Source of the DNA: Candidatus Spongiisociaceae bacterium
Lineage (GTDB): Bacteria; Actinomycetota; Acidimicrobiia; Spongiisociales; Spongiisociaceae
DNA: 64,000 nt
NCBI GenBank assembly: GCA_965262915.1
Contig: OZ253564.1
Coordinates: 2,816,001 to 2,880,000, forward strand
Reading direction: 5' to 3'
This document shows, in pieces, positions 1-9,530 of the stretch (its first letter is position 1; each line of letters begins with the position of its first letter). A model generated the notes under the pieces. That model had not been told where the DNA came from. It searched no databases and saw only the letters and a program-made list of their open reading frames with translations. The position numbers and the translations under genes are program-made.

Positions 1-757
1 GTGTCAGGCGGGCTTTCAGAACCTCTGTGAGCATCCCCAGTTTCCTGGATCTTCGATCCAAGGCGGATTCGCAGAGTATGTGCCTGTCCCACGTGCGGAA
101 GTGAACCTGCTTATGTTGCCGGACAGTGTCGATGCACTTGCTGCAAGTACCCTTGGCTGTCGATTCATGACGGCATTTCATGGAACGGTCGAGGTTGCAC
201 AGTTGCGGCCAGGAGAGCGGATCGCTGTTTATGGATGCGGTGGGATTGGTCTGTCAGCAGTGATGATCGCCTCTGCCTTGGGTGCCGAGGTCATTGCAGT
301 TGACATCGATGATGTGAAGCTTGAGAAGGCCCATGAGGTTGGCGCCAGCTTCAGTGTCAATAGTTCGAGCGAGGACCCAGTGTTAGCAATCAAGGAGTTC
401 ACCAACGGTGGTGTTGAAGTGACGATCGACGCTCTCGGCATAGAGGAAACAGTCCAGAACTCAATCGGCAGCCTACGCGTGCGTGGGCGGCATGTTCAGA
501 TCGGACTTACTACGGCAAAGGAGCGAGGTATGGTCCCGATGCCCATAGATATCATCGTTGCCCAAGAGATCCGGATCTCGGGCTGTCATGGCATGCCGCG
601 ACCGCGCTATCCAGATCTACTGAGGATGGTCGACAAGGGGCAGCTCCAACCGGCTTCCCTGATTGGCCAAGAAGTCAGTCTTGGGGATGTGAATTCTGTA
701 CTTGACGGGATGTCAAGTTTCGAAAACGTCGGGTTCTCAGTAATCACTACATGGTAA
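1..757 (+). CDS. Zinc-dependent alcohol dehydrogenase (MDR family), 5' end outside window
   Basis: ORF 80..757 contains LGCRFMTAF, Rossmann motif VYGCGGIG and IDALG; the frame continues upstream to the window edge. Confidence 0.9.
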   Translation, partial: CQAGFQNLCEHPQFPGSSIQGGFAEYVPVPRAEVNLLMLPDSVDALAASTLGCRFMTAFHGTVEVAQLRPGERIAVYGCGGIGLSAVMIASALGAEVIAVDIDDVKLEKAHEVGASFSVNSSSEDPVLAIKEFTNGGVEVTIDALGIEETVQNSIGSLRVRGRHVQIGLTTAKERGMVPMPIDIIVAQEIRISGCHGMPRPRYPDLLRMVDKGQLQPASLIGQEVSLGDVNSVLDGMSSFENVGFSVITTW

Positions 758-864
758 AGCTGGATTGGCAGCAATCTTGCCTTCTGACGATCTGTTTGAG
801 AGTGGAATGCAATCCTCTGAAGAGCGCGACGTCTCGATGAGTCGAGCGACCAGAATGCTAGAGA

Positions 865-2193
865 ATGGCTGAAGAGCCTGTCCTGGATACGCGACGAAGC
901 AGCTTCCAAGAGAAGACGCTGGGCCTTGTCGAAGAGTTGATCAGGCAAGACACTTCGAACCCTCCTGGCAACGAAGATCGAGCCGCACAACCTCTGAAAC
1001 ACTTCCTCGCGAGGGAAGGGCTTGATGTTGAGTTGATCGAGTCCAGCAGCAGCCGCATGAGCGTCGTTGCCCGAATGCGGGGCGTTTCTGCAAGTGCTGG
1101 GCCGCCGGGGCTTCTGTTGTCCCATCTCGACGTGTCACCTGTGCAACGTTCGTTCTGGTCCACTTCTCCCTTTACCCCCACCGTTCACAGTGGTTATCTC
1201 TGGGGACGCGGAGCGATAGACCTGAAGACTCTGGTGGCAGCCCATGCTGTTGGTTTGGTAGAGTTTGCGCGTGAGAACCCGTCGCCTCACATCGACGTCA
1301 TGCTGTTGGCCGTGGCTGACGAGACGCGTGGCGGCAAGGCGGGCATCCGCTGGATTGAGGAGCATCGGTCAGATATCTTGGACGTCGCCTGGGTCTTGGG
1401 AGAGGGGAGTTTCAGCTATCCAACGCTGCTGGGCAGCAAGGGCCCCGTTTTCACGTACTGTCCGCAAGAAAAGACTGCCCTTTGGCTTGAGTTGGAAGCT
1501 CAAGGCCCCGGTGGGCATTCCTCGGTTCCACGTGAGGCGACTGCTGTGACCAGACTCGTAGGTGCCCTGGCGGCTATCGCGTCTATTCAATCTGCCCGCC
1601 ACGCCGGCCACATACAGGATGATTTCATTGAGTTCATGATGCGTACCTCTGAGTCAGACCGGAGCAGAGTCGAGATGGCGATTGCAGAGTCTCCTGCGTT
1701 TTCGGCAATGTTCAAAGACACGATCAGCATCACGATTGTTGAAGCAGGAATGAAGCCGAGTGTTGTGCCATCGTTGGCGAACGCCACTCTCGATTGTCGA
1801 TTATTACCGGACACGGATCCGAGCCAATTCATTGCCGATCTGGAAAACCTGATCGCGGACTTTGGGGTCAGTGTGACTGAGACCTTCCGAGCCGTCAGCG
1901 GTGCTTCTGACCCAGGGGGGTTGGTACCCCGAGCGCTGGAACGAGCCCTGGCGGCGACTGTCCCAGGCGCTGCGATGGTTCCGGTGGTTTCTGCGGGCTA
2001 TACCGACTTGCGTATGTTCCGAGCGCGGAACATACCCGCCTACGGGTGTCACACCGCGCCTATCACCCTCGAGGATCGGGCCACGATCGCGGGTCACGAT
2101 GAACGGGTGCCGATCCGCAGCCTTGGGGTCGCCGCCGAGATAATCTTCAACTTCCTCGGCGAGGTCAACGCCGATGCGGCTCAGGACGCATGA
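865..2193 (+). CDS. M20/M25/M40 metallopeptidase / amidohydrolase
   Basis: SHLDV, GYLWGRGAIDLK, GGHSS, YTD and GHDER motifs; the usual ADEE reads ADET. Confidence 0.88.
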   Translation: MAEEPVLDTRRSSFQEKTLGLVEELIRQDTSNPPGNEDRAAQPLKHFLAREGLDVELIESSSSRMSVVARMRGVSASAGPPGLLLSHLDVSPVQRSFWSTSPFTPTVHSGYLWGRGAIDLKTLVAAHAVGLVEFARENPSPHIDVMLLAVADETRGGKAGIRWIEEHRSDILDVAWVLGEGSFSYPTLLGSKGPVFTYCPQEKTALWLELEAQGPGGHSSVPREATAVTRLVGALAAIASIQSARHAGHIQDDFIEFMMRTSESDRSRVEMAIAESPAFSAMFKDTISITIVEAGMKPSVVPSLANATLDCRLLPDTDPSQFIADLENLIADFGVSVTETFRAVSGASDPGGLVPRALERALAATVPGAAMVPVVSAGYTDLRMFRARNIPAYGCHTAPITLEDRATIAGHDERVPIRSLGVAAEIIFNFLGEVNADAAQDA

Positions 2194-3323
2194 GCGAGTC
2201 CATACCCTCGACGGAGTCGCGTCCCATTCAGCCTTCGACGGGCGCCAAGATTGAGATAAGAGGTGTTCGGCACAGTTTTGGGGAGGTGCTGGTCCTCGAT
2301 GACTTCGATCTAACTGTCGAACCGGGTGAGTTTCTTACTCTTCTGGGCCCTAGCGGATCGGGAAAGACGACTCTTCTCAGGATCGTCGGCGGACTAACGA
2401 TTCCTGACGAGGGCAGCGTGATCGTGGGGGGTGTTGACATGACACTTCTACCTGCGCGGGAGCGGGGAATGGGATTCGTATTCCAGAACTACGCGCTGTT
2501 TCCTCACATGACGGTCCAGGACAACGTCGCGTTTCCCCTTCAGATTCGCGGGATCTCTTCTGACCAAATTGATCGAGATGTCGAGCGAGCTCTAGAGTTG
2601 GTCAACCTCGAAGGGTTGGGATCCCGTCTCCCCAGAGAACTGAGTGGCGGCCAGCAACAGCGAGTGTCGCTAGCAAGAGCGCTAGTTTTTGGCCCCACGG
2701 TTGTCTTGATGGACGAACCTCTTGGCTCTTTAGATAAGCGATTGCGCCAATACCTCCAGAACTCCATCCGACTCCTTCAGAAGGAGATTGGCTTCACGGC
2801 GGTGTACGTCACTCATGACCAGGAAGAAGCCTTCGCGATGTCAGACCGAATTGTGGTCATTCATGGAGGAGCTGTGCGACAAGTAGGAGTCCCGGAAACC
2901 GTCTACCGCTCCCCGACGGAGCATTTCGTTGCAGACTTCGTTGGAGACATCAACGAGATTGAGGGCGTCTTGCGTCAGTCCGGTCACGGACTTGTCATCG
3001 AAATAGCCGAAGGTAACACCCTGGCAGTGCCGCCATATGTGAGCCGGTCGCTGGGCGAAGGAGACCGCGTGCTTTGCGGCATTCGACCAGAGATGGTCCT
3101 GATCCAAGAAGAGCCGATGGGCAGCCCGCGCTTGCAGGCGACCGTGGAGTTGGTGTCGTTCCACGGAAACTCCTATCGGATCCTGTCTCGTCTCAGAGAT
3201 GGTCACCGCTTCATCGTTGAATCAAGTTCGTCACTGTCGACACCCGACGAAGGCTCAACTGTCTGGCTCCATTGGGACGAGGAACAGACGATTGTCCTCA
3301 TCCCGCCAAACCGGCAACCGTGA
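2190..3323 (+). CDS. ABC transporter ATP-binding protein, PotA-like
   Basis: Walker A GPSGSGKT, LSGGQQQR, LMDEP, VTHDQEEA and a TOBE-like tail. Confidence 0.95.
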   Translation: MSESIPSTESRPIQPSTGAKIEIRGVRHSFGEVLVLDDFDLTVEPGEFLTLLGPSGSGKTTLLRIVGGLTIPDEGSVIVGGVDMTLLPARERGMGFVFQNYALFPHMTVQDNVAFPLQIRGISSDQIDRDVERALELVNLEGLGSRLPRELSGGQQQRVSLARALVFGPTVVLMDEPLGSLDKRLRQYLQNSIRLLQKEIGFTAVYVTHDQEEAFAMSDRIVVIHGGAVRQVGVPETVYRSPTEHFVADFVGDINEIEGVLRQSGHGLVIEIAEGNTLAVPPYVSRSLGEGDRVLCGIRPEMVLIQEEPMGSPRLQATVELVSFHGNSYRILSRLRDGHRFIVESSSSLSTPDEGSTVWLHWDEEQTIVLIPPNRQP

Positions 3324-4198
3324 AGAAACTCGGCTGGCAAAGACGGACTCGGCGGCGTCCATACCGGGACTTCCTTGTTGGCCTAGCTCTATTGCTGCCG
3401 TGCCTGGTCGTCGTTCTGCTCTTTTTTGCATATCCGCTGGTAGGTGTGTTCGTGAGAAGCGTCTCAGACCCGGCTCCAGGCATGAGTAACTACGTTGAGA
3501 TCGTTTCGTCACAGGCCTTTCGCAACATCCTGAGACTGACAGTTGAGATCTCAGTCGTAACAACTGTGGGTTGTTTAGTTCTCGGGTTTCCTGTGGCGTG
3601 GTACATCACGACCCTCGAGAAGAGAAGAGCACAGCTCTTCCTGGTCCTGAGTACTGCTCCGCTATGGGTGGCGATTCTCGCTCGACTCTATGCATGGACA
3701 GTGATTCTTGGGAGAAGAGGGCTCATAAATGACTCGTTAGCGGCTATGGGGCTGGTTCAGGAACCACTCGATCTTCTCTTCAACACTCGAGCAGTTCTCA
3801 TCGGTATGATTCACGTGATGCTGCCATTCATGATCCTTGTTCTCTACTCGTCAATGAACGGAGTGGATGAATCACTAATCGAAAGTGCCGATAGCCTCGG
3901 GGCTCGCCCTCGGCAGACTTTCTTGCGGATATACCTGCCCCTCATTAGCCCTGGGTTGATTGCCGGGTCATTACTGGTCCTGATCATGTCTATGGGTTTC
4001 TTCATTCTTCCAGCCGTCTTGGGCGGCGGGGGAGACATCACCATTCCCATATATGTGCTGACGCAGATACGTCTCTTCAAATGGGGGATCGCCAGCGCAA
4101 TGAGCATGATCCTGCTGATCGTGACCCTTGCTCTCTTCGCTTTGCTAACCAAGGTGTTCGATCCCAGAAGTGTGGTAGTTGGAGGTAGCAGACGTTGA
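3320..4198 (+). CDS. ABC transporter permease, PotB-like
   Basis: Hydrophobic helices and EAA loop ESADSLGA; GTG at 3320 overlaps the upstream stop. Confidence 0.92.
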   Translation: MKKLGWQRRTRRRPYRDFLVGLALLLPCLVVVLLFFAYPLVGVFVRSVSDPAPGMSNYVEIVSSQAFRNILRLTVEISVVTTVGCLVLGFPVAWYITTLEKRRAQLFLVLSTAPLWVAILARLYAWTVILGRRGLINDSLAAMGLVQEPLDLLFNTRAVLIGMIHVMLPFMILVLYSSMNGVDESLIESADSLGARPRQTFLRIYLPLISPGLIAGSLLVLIMSMGFFILPAVLGGGGDITIPIYVLTQIRLFKWGIASAMSMILLIVTLALFALLTKVFDPRSVVVGGSRR

Positions 4199-4998
4199 GG
4201 CTGGGCAAGATAGGTCAACGCATATTGGCCATTTCGGCCAACACCGTGGTCGCCTTCCTGATTCTGCCGATTTTGGTTGTGATTCCGTTGTCCTTCACAC
4301 CGGGGACAGTCTTCGACTTTCCACCGGACGGCCTCTCTCTCAGGTGGTACCAAGACTTCTTCGGCGACGAACGCTGGATCAATGCCACTTGGTTGAGCAT
4401 CAGACTTGGCGTGGCAGTCGCTATCACCTCGACGGCTCTTGGCTTGCTCGCGGCCATTGCCCTCACCCGATACGTCAAGAGGGGGGCATTCCTGGTGCGC
4501 GGTCTTCTCGTTGCACCGCTCATCGTTCCACCGATAGTCACTGCTGTTGCCGTCTTCGACATATACGTGAGGGTGGGGCTTCTCCGCACATTCCCAGGGC
4601 TGGTTGTTGCTCACACGATCCTGGCCCTACCGTTTTCCGTTCTTCTCATCGAGAGTGCGCTCAGAGCCGTCGACTTCGGTCCGTTCGAAGCAGCGCTCAG
4701 CCTCGGCGCCACGAACCGGCGGGCCTGGCGGATGGTCGTACTTCCAGGGATCACTCCCGCTCTCTTGGCTTCTGCCGTCTTCTCATTCCTCATTTCGTGG
4801 GATGAAGTGGTACTCGTGGTCTTCATCGGCGGAGCGAGATCACAGACGCTACCTCTACGCATGTTCGAGTTCATTGAGACACAAATCCGACCCACATTGG
4901 CAGCCATTTCAAGTCTTATCGTCTATGTGATAGCGGCGGTTTTGACTATCGCCTATCTTCGGTCCCGTCGGTCGATATCATCCCCTGACCGCACCTAG
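4195..4998 (+). CDS. ABC transporter permease, PotC-like
   Basis: EAALSLGA loop, SFLISWDE and TLPLRMF motifs; 4-bp overlap with the previous gene. Confidence 0.92.
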   Translation: MRLGKIGQRILAISANTVVAFLILPILVVIPLSFTPGTVFDFPPDGLSLRWYQDFFGDERWINATWLSIRLGVAVAITSTALGLLAAIALTRYVKRGAFLVRGLLVAPLIVPPIVTAVAVFDIYVRVGLLRTFPGLVVAHTILALPFSVLLIESALRAVDFGPFEAALSLGATNRRAWRMVVLPGITPALLASAVFSFLISWDEVVLVVFIGGARSQTLPLRMFEFIETQIRPTLAAISSLIVYVIAAVLTIAYLRSRRSISSPDRT

Positions 4999-6029
4999 CC
5001 GCCCGATCCATTGTCATCAAGCAGCGGCATCAGTCGGCGTGAGGTCAACTCGAGATGTTCCATGGCGGCGTCGTGGGGCACACCAGGAAGCCGATGCCAG
5101 AAGGCCAAATCATGCCAAGGAGCGTTCTCGTGGGTCGCACGTAGTCTCCGGGCAAGATCCTCCGGTGTACCCACCAGTACACCCTGCCTGAGCGCCTTTG
5201 AAGTCATGCCCTCAAGGGCATCCTCATGTCCTGACCACTCGAGATACTTCTGTTGCCGGTAAGCCAGGGCAGGCTCAATCGTTGTGTCCCACGCGCGCTC
5301 AGGGTCGTCGGTCGCCCATAGGACGACGCCTACTCCGAAAAAGAAGCTATTGAGGTCTCTTTCGTAGTGTTGTAGGGCGGGGATCAACTTCTCGGCGTAG
5401 AATGCTGGGAGGTTCCGCTCTGGAGCTATGTAGTCGTATGGAAGGCATCCGTCCGCCATCCGCACGGCCCGGTGCACAGCAGGCGAGGAAAGGCCTCCGT
5501 AGTAGATGGGCAGGTTATCCTGAGCAGGGCGAGGGCTAATCGGGACCGGCTGTCCATCCTTACCGTCGTTCAGTACTCCGGTAGTGAACGCTGTTCGGAG
5601 GGCCCGAAGGGCACTCTCCGCCCTTCGGCCTCTCGTAGATGGAGAAACACCGAAGACGTCGAACTGGGCAGTCCGACCGCCTGCTCCAACACCGAGTTCC
5701 AGCCGACCTGAAGACAAGAGATCAACGACAGCAGCCTGTTCGGCAATCACCCGCGGATTGTGTAGAGGCAAAGGGATGGCATACGTCATCAGCCTTATGG
5801 TGTTGGTCACTGCAGCGACTGCTGCCAAGACGGTCAGAGGAGCGGCTGCCATCCCGTCGTCGTGCCCATGAGATTCGGGTATGCGAACTGTTCGAAACCC
5901 AAGCGAGTCCGCGAACCTGACCTCCTCCAAACACTGGTCATAGTGCGTCACCCAGTCTTCACATCCAGGACCCGGACGCAGGTCCGTCATGATGCTGAGT
6001 GTGAAGGCAGTCTGTGGTACCGACAACAT
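4995..6029 (-). CDS. LLM-class flavin-dependent oxidoreductase
   Basis: ADSLGF..PESH, NPRVIAEQAAVVDLLSSGRLELGVGAG; start placed at ATG 6029 because the longer ORF overlaps the amidase. Confidence 0.9.
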   Translation of the reverse strand: MLSVPQTAFTLSIMTDLRPGPGCEDWVTHYDQCLEEVRFADSLGFRTVRIPESHGHDDGMAAAPLTVLAAVAAVTNTIRLMTYAIPLPLHNPRVIAEQAAVVDLLSSGRLELGVGAGGRTAQFDVFGVSPSTRGRRAESALRALRTAFTTGVLNDGKDGQPVPISPRPAQDNLPIYYGGLSSPAVHRAVRMADGCLPYDYIAPERNLPAFYAEKLIPALQHYERDLNSFFFGVGVVLWATDDPERAWDTTIEPALAYRQQKYLEWSGHEDALEGMTSKALRQGVLVGTPEDLARRLRATHENAPWHDLAFWHRLPGVPHDAAMEHLELTSRRLMPLLDDNGSGG

Positions 6030-6116
6030 GTTCAGATTTCGCCTCCTGTTGACATTCTCATCTCGAATGTTGGAGGATAGTCTTGAATATTGGATTGCGG
6101 CGAGGATGTGATACGA

Positions 6117-7568
6117 ATGCTGAGTGAAGCCGAGTACGTGGCGCTTGATGCCCAGAGCGCTGTGGAGCTTGTCGAATCGGGGGAAGTGCAACCCGGAGAA
6201 TTGCTGGACGCCGCGCTTGCTCGTACCCAAGCGGTCAATCCTCAGATCAATGCGGTGGTCGCGATCTATGAGGAACTGGCTCGAGAGTCAGTACAACGAT
6301 TGCCGGGAGTATCCACGGGGGTGTTGCACGGGGTCCCCTTTCTTCTCAAAGATCTGAGGGTGAATATGAAGGGGACAGTCACGAGCAACGGAAGTCGGCT
6401 GTATGGCGATGCATATGCAGACGGGGACAGCGAGATCGTTCGTCGCTTCAAGGCTGCGGGCCTCGTTACATTCGGCAAGACCAATACACCGGAGCTTGGG
6501 CTCAACATCACCACAGAGCCATTGGCCCATGGCCCGACCAAAAACCCGTGGAACCTGAGCCTGACGGCCGGAGGTTCCAGCGGAGGTTCCGCGGCAGCTG
6601 TGGCAGCTGGCATCGCTCCGATCGCTCATGCGAGTGACGGAGGAGGCTCGATTCGAATACCAGCTTCATGCTGCGGCGTCTTTGGTTTGAAGCCAACACG
6701 CGGTCGAACGCCCTCAGGTCCGGAGGTTGGCGACGTGTGGAGCGGTCTCAGCGTCGAGGGAGTCATCAGTAGAACTGTCAGAGACACTGCCGTTGTCCTT
6801 GACAGTATCGCTGGACCAGCGCCGGGAGACCCATACTGGGCACCCCCTATGGAGAGGCCACTACTCGATGCCGCCCGCTCGCTAGGCGGGAAGGCACTCC
6901 GGATCGGGTTTTCCGTGGACGCTACGTCAGGGGTTGCCGTCGACGACGCATGCAAGCAAGCCGTTGTTCTAGCCATGGAGGTGTGCGAACGGCTCGGCCA
7001 TCATGTGGAGGAACGTCCGTTTGCTTACTCTGCGGAAGACCTCGGACAGAGCTTTCGAACGATCGTGGGAGCTCATGTCCTAGTCGACCTTGAGAACCGG
7101 GCCGCAGAAATTGGTAGGGCGCTGTCGGATGATATGGTCGAGCATGCCGTCGCGCGTCGAGCATCCTACGGTGCCGAACTCTCTGCTGCAGACTATGCGC
7201 GAGCCTTGATGGAGATCCAGAGAATCGGTCGTGCTGCGGGAGAGTTCTTCGAAGGCGTGGATGTCTACGTGACCCCAACGCTTGCAAAGGTCCCGCAGCC
7301 CCTCGGAACCTTTGACGCAGATTCTGAAGATGTTGACGAATTCCAAAGGAGAGTGTGGGAGTTCATACCCTTCACCGCCGTCTGGAACATCACCGGACAA
7401 CCTGCCATGTCAGTTCCTATCTATTGGACTGATTCGGGCGAGCCTGTAGGGGTGCAGTTTGCCGCACGCCTCGGGTCTGAAGTAACCCTGGTGAGCCTGG
7501 CTTCCCAGATTGAGGAAGCCGCTCCGTGGATATGGCGGTATCAAGGTCTCTTTCCACCTGTTTCGTAA
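6117..7568 (+). CDS. Amidase (amidase-signature family)
   Basis: [19 protein letters not shown] and [12 protein letters not shown] (Ser-cisSer-Lys triad motifs). Confidence 0.95.
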   Translation: MLSEAEYVALDAQSAVELVESGEVQPGELLDAALARTQAVNPQINAVVAIYEELARESVQRLPGVSTGVLHGVPFLLKDLRVNMKGTVTSNGSRLYGDAYADGDSEIVRRFKAAGLVTFGKTNTPELGLNITTEPLAHGPTKNPWNLSLTAGGSSGGSAAAVAAGIAPIAHASDGGGSIRIPASCCGVFGLKPTRGRTPSGPEVGDVWSGLSVEGVISRTVRDTAVVLDSIAGPAPGDPYWAPPMERPLLDAARSLGGKALRIGFSVDATSGVAVDDACKQAVVLAMEVCERLGHHVEERPFAYSAEDLGQSFRTIVGAHVLVDLENRAAEIGRALSDDMVEHAVARRASYGAELSAADYARALMEIQRIGRAAGEFFEGVDVYVTPTLAKVPQPLGTFDADSEDVDEFQRRVWEFIPFTAVWNITGQPAMSVPIYWTDSGEPVGVQFAARLGSEVTLVSLASQIEEAAPWIWRYQGLFPPVS

Positions 7569-7576
7569 CGTCGGGC

Positions 7577-7966
7577 TCATCCCTGTTTAGGTGGCAGGTT
7601 CGCTCTCACCCAACTCACAATGTCTCGCGACGGTGTGCCCGGGGTGAAGACGGTAATCCCATTGTTCGCCAGAACTGCGATGTCACCATCGCTGATGATG
7701 CCTCCGCCAAACACCACAACCGATTCTGCGTCTCGGCTGTCCAGCCTCTCACGCACCTTTTTTAATATTGTCATATAAGCACCCGATAGGACGTCGATCC
7801 CTATGGCGTCGACGTCCTATCGGATCGCGGTTTCAACGACGTTCTCGGCGGATTGGTGAAGGCCCGTATAAATGACTTCATGGCCAGCATCCCTCAAGAC
7901 GCGCGCGACGATTGTCGCTCCCCTATCGTGCCCGTCAAGTCCGACCTAGGCTACGAGTATCCGCAC
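7577..7966 (-). pseudogene. Cobalamin-binding small subunit of an acyl-CoA mutase, with two in-frame TAG codons
   Basis: Manual translation from GTG 7966 (AGGAG upstream): [16 protein letters not shown]...YTGLHQ...ETAIR*DVDAIG..LSGAYMT...FGGGII. DxHxxG B12 motif present; TAGs at 7946-7948 and 7817-7819. Confidence 0.9.
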
Positions 7967-7979
7967 AGGTTGACTCTCC

Positions 7980-9530
7980 TCATCGACTCCCGGTTGTCTG
8001 GATCAGGTCCCTCAGATCCTTCTTCAGGATCTTGCCCGTGGGTCCTTTAGGGATAGAGTCAACGAAGATATATTCTCGCGGTTTCTTGTAGCCGGCGAGC
8101 ATCGTACGGCTGAGCTCGTCAAGTTCCGCCTTAGTCGATTCGGGCACAGACCCTGTGGATATGAATGCGACCACTCTCTCGCCCCAACGATTATCCCGGA
8201 CGCCGATGACGGCAGCCTCGATTACATCGGCGTGCTGTGACAAAACGCGCTCCACTTCGGCTGGATATACGTTTAAGCCACCGCTGATGATCAGGTCTCG
8301 TTTCCGGTCCACGATGTAGACAAACCCGTCCTCATCCTTCCATCCAACATCCCCAGTGCGGTATGCACTTTCGTCCAGTACTTCATCCGTTGCCTCCTGA
8401 TTGTTGAGATAGCCGGTCATCACAGTCTCGCCGCTAACAATCAACTCCCCAGATTCCCGCGGAGCAACTGTTTCACCGGCTTCATTGACAACTGATACCG
8501 ATGTCAGGAGTGACTCCCTACCTGCTGATGCCAGCAGAGTTCGTTCGTCAAGAGCACGTCTGTGGTCAGCTTTGCTGAGTACGGTCACCGGATGCGGAGC
8601 CTCGCAAGAGCCATAAACCTGTATGAATATCGGTCCAAACATGTCGATCGCAGATGTCATGACGTCCGCGTCGAGTGGCGCGCCCCCGTAGACGATTGAT
8701 CGCAGAGATGGCGGGATGTTGGCGCCGTTGTTAACGGCCTCTACAAGCATGGCAATCATGGTCGGGACAACGAACGTGGATGTCCCGCCGACACGGTTGA
8801 CCTCAGCGAAGAAGGAGTTTGGATCAAAGCGAGGCATAGCGATGTTGCGAACTCCTCGGAGTAGGTTTGGCAAAACCTTGGAGCCTGACCCGTGAGCTAG
8901 CGAACCTACATGCACCATGCCATCACCCGGGCTGATCTCCATCTCGCTAGCAAGCATGTTGACAACTGAGGCGGTTCTGCTCCGCAGTGAAGCCACTGCC
9001 CCTTTAGGTCGCCCGGTTGTGCCAGAGGTGTAGAGGATGACACTCGCTTCCGATCCGTTCATCGGGGGTACCGTGAACCGTTCGCTGGCGTTAGCAAGAG
9101 CAGCTTCGTATCCGTCGGGTTCGTCGCTCCCCACAATCATTGCACTGTGCAAGGGCCCGTCACCCGAGACTGCAATGCGCGCGAACTCAGCGTGAGCTTT
9201 GTCGGTCAGCAGAATCTGAGCCTGCGAGTCCCGGAGTATGTAATCGCTTTCATCGCTGGACAACCGGGTATTGATTGGTACCTTGGTATTTCCTGACCGG
9301 ATAATTGCGACGTCAGCTTCTATGTATTCCAGGCAGTTGTCGAGGAGAATTGCGACCACACCGGTATCATTCGTGGTCATCCCCGCGAGCGCGTTGGCAA
9401 GGCGGCCGGTCCGATTGCGAAGCTGCGCGTATGTCTCCTCTCGGTCTCCATCCACTACAGCAGGCGCCGGTCCGTAAGAGGCTAAGGCACGCTCGACGTT
9501 GATATTCAGTGTCGAGCTGATCAACGGCAT
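7980..9530 (-). CDS. Acyl-CoA synthetase (AMP-forming)
   Basis: YTSGTTGRPKG, QVYGSCE, YRTGD and PKGPTGKILK motifs. Confidence 0.95.
   Translation of the reverse strand: MPLISSTLNINVERALASYGPAPAVVDGDREETYAQLRNRTGRLANALAGMTTNDTGVVAILLDNCLEYIEADVAIIRSGNTKVPINTRLSSDESDYILRDSQAQILLTDKAHAEFARIAVSGDGPLHSAMIVGSDEPDGYEAALANASERFTVPPMNGSEASVILYTSGTTGRPKGAVASLRSRTASVVNMLASEMEISPGDGMVHVGSLAHGSGSKVLPNLLRGVRNIAMPRFDPNSFFAEVNRVGGTSTFVVPTMIAMLVEAVNNGANIPPSLRSIVYGGAPLDADVMTSAIDMFGPIFIQVYGSCEAPHPVTVLSKADHRRALDERTLLASAGRESLLTSVSVVNEAGETVAPRESGELIVSGETVMTGYLNNQEATDEVLDESAYRTGDVGWKDEDGFVYIVDRKRDLIISGGLNVYPAEVERVLSQHADVIEAAVIGVRDNRWGERVVAFISTGSVPESTKAELDELSRTMLAGYKKPREYIFVDSIPKGPTGKILKKDLRDLIQTTGSR

Noticed and set aside
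6578-6600. CAGCGGA half-core inside the amidase gene
   Set aside because: Explained by the GSSGGS codons; no matching right arm at 7 nt.
7946-7948. Genome-wide TAG recoding
   Set aside because: TAG ends apparently normal genes here (e.g. 4998, 43701, 61850), and no pyl genes are visible in the window.
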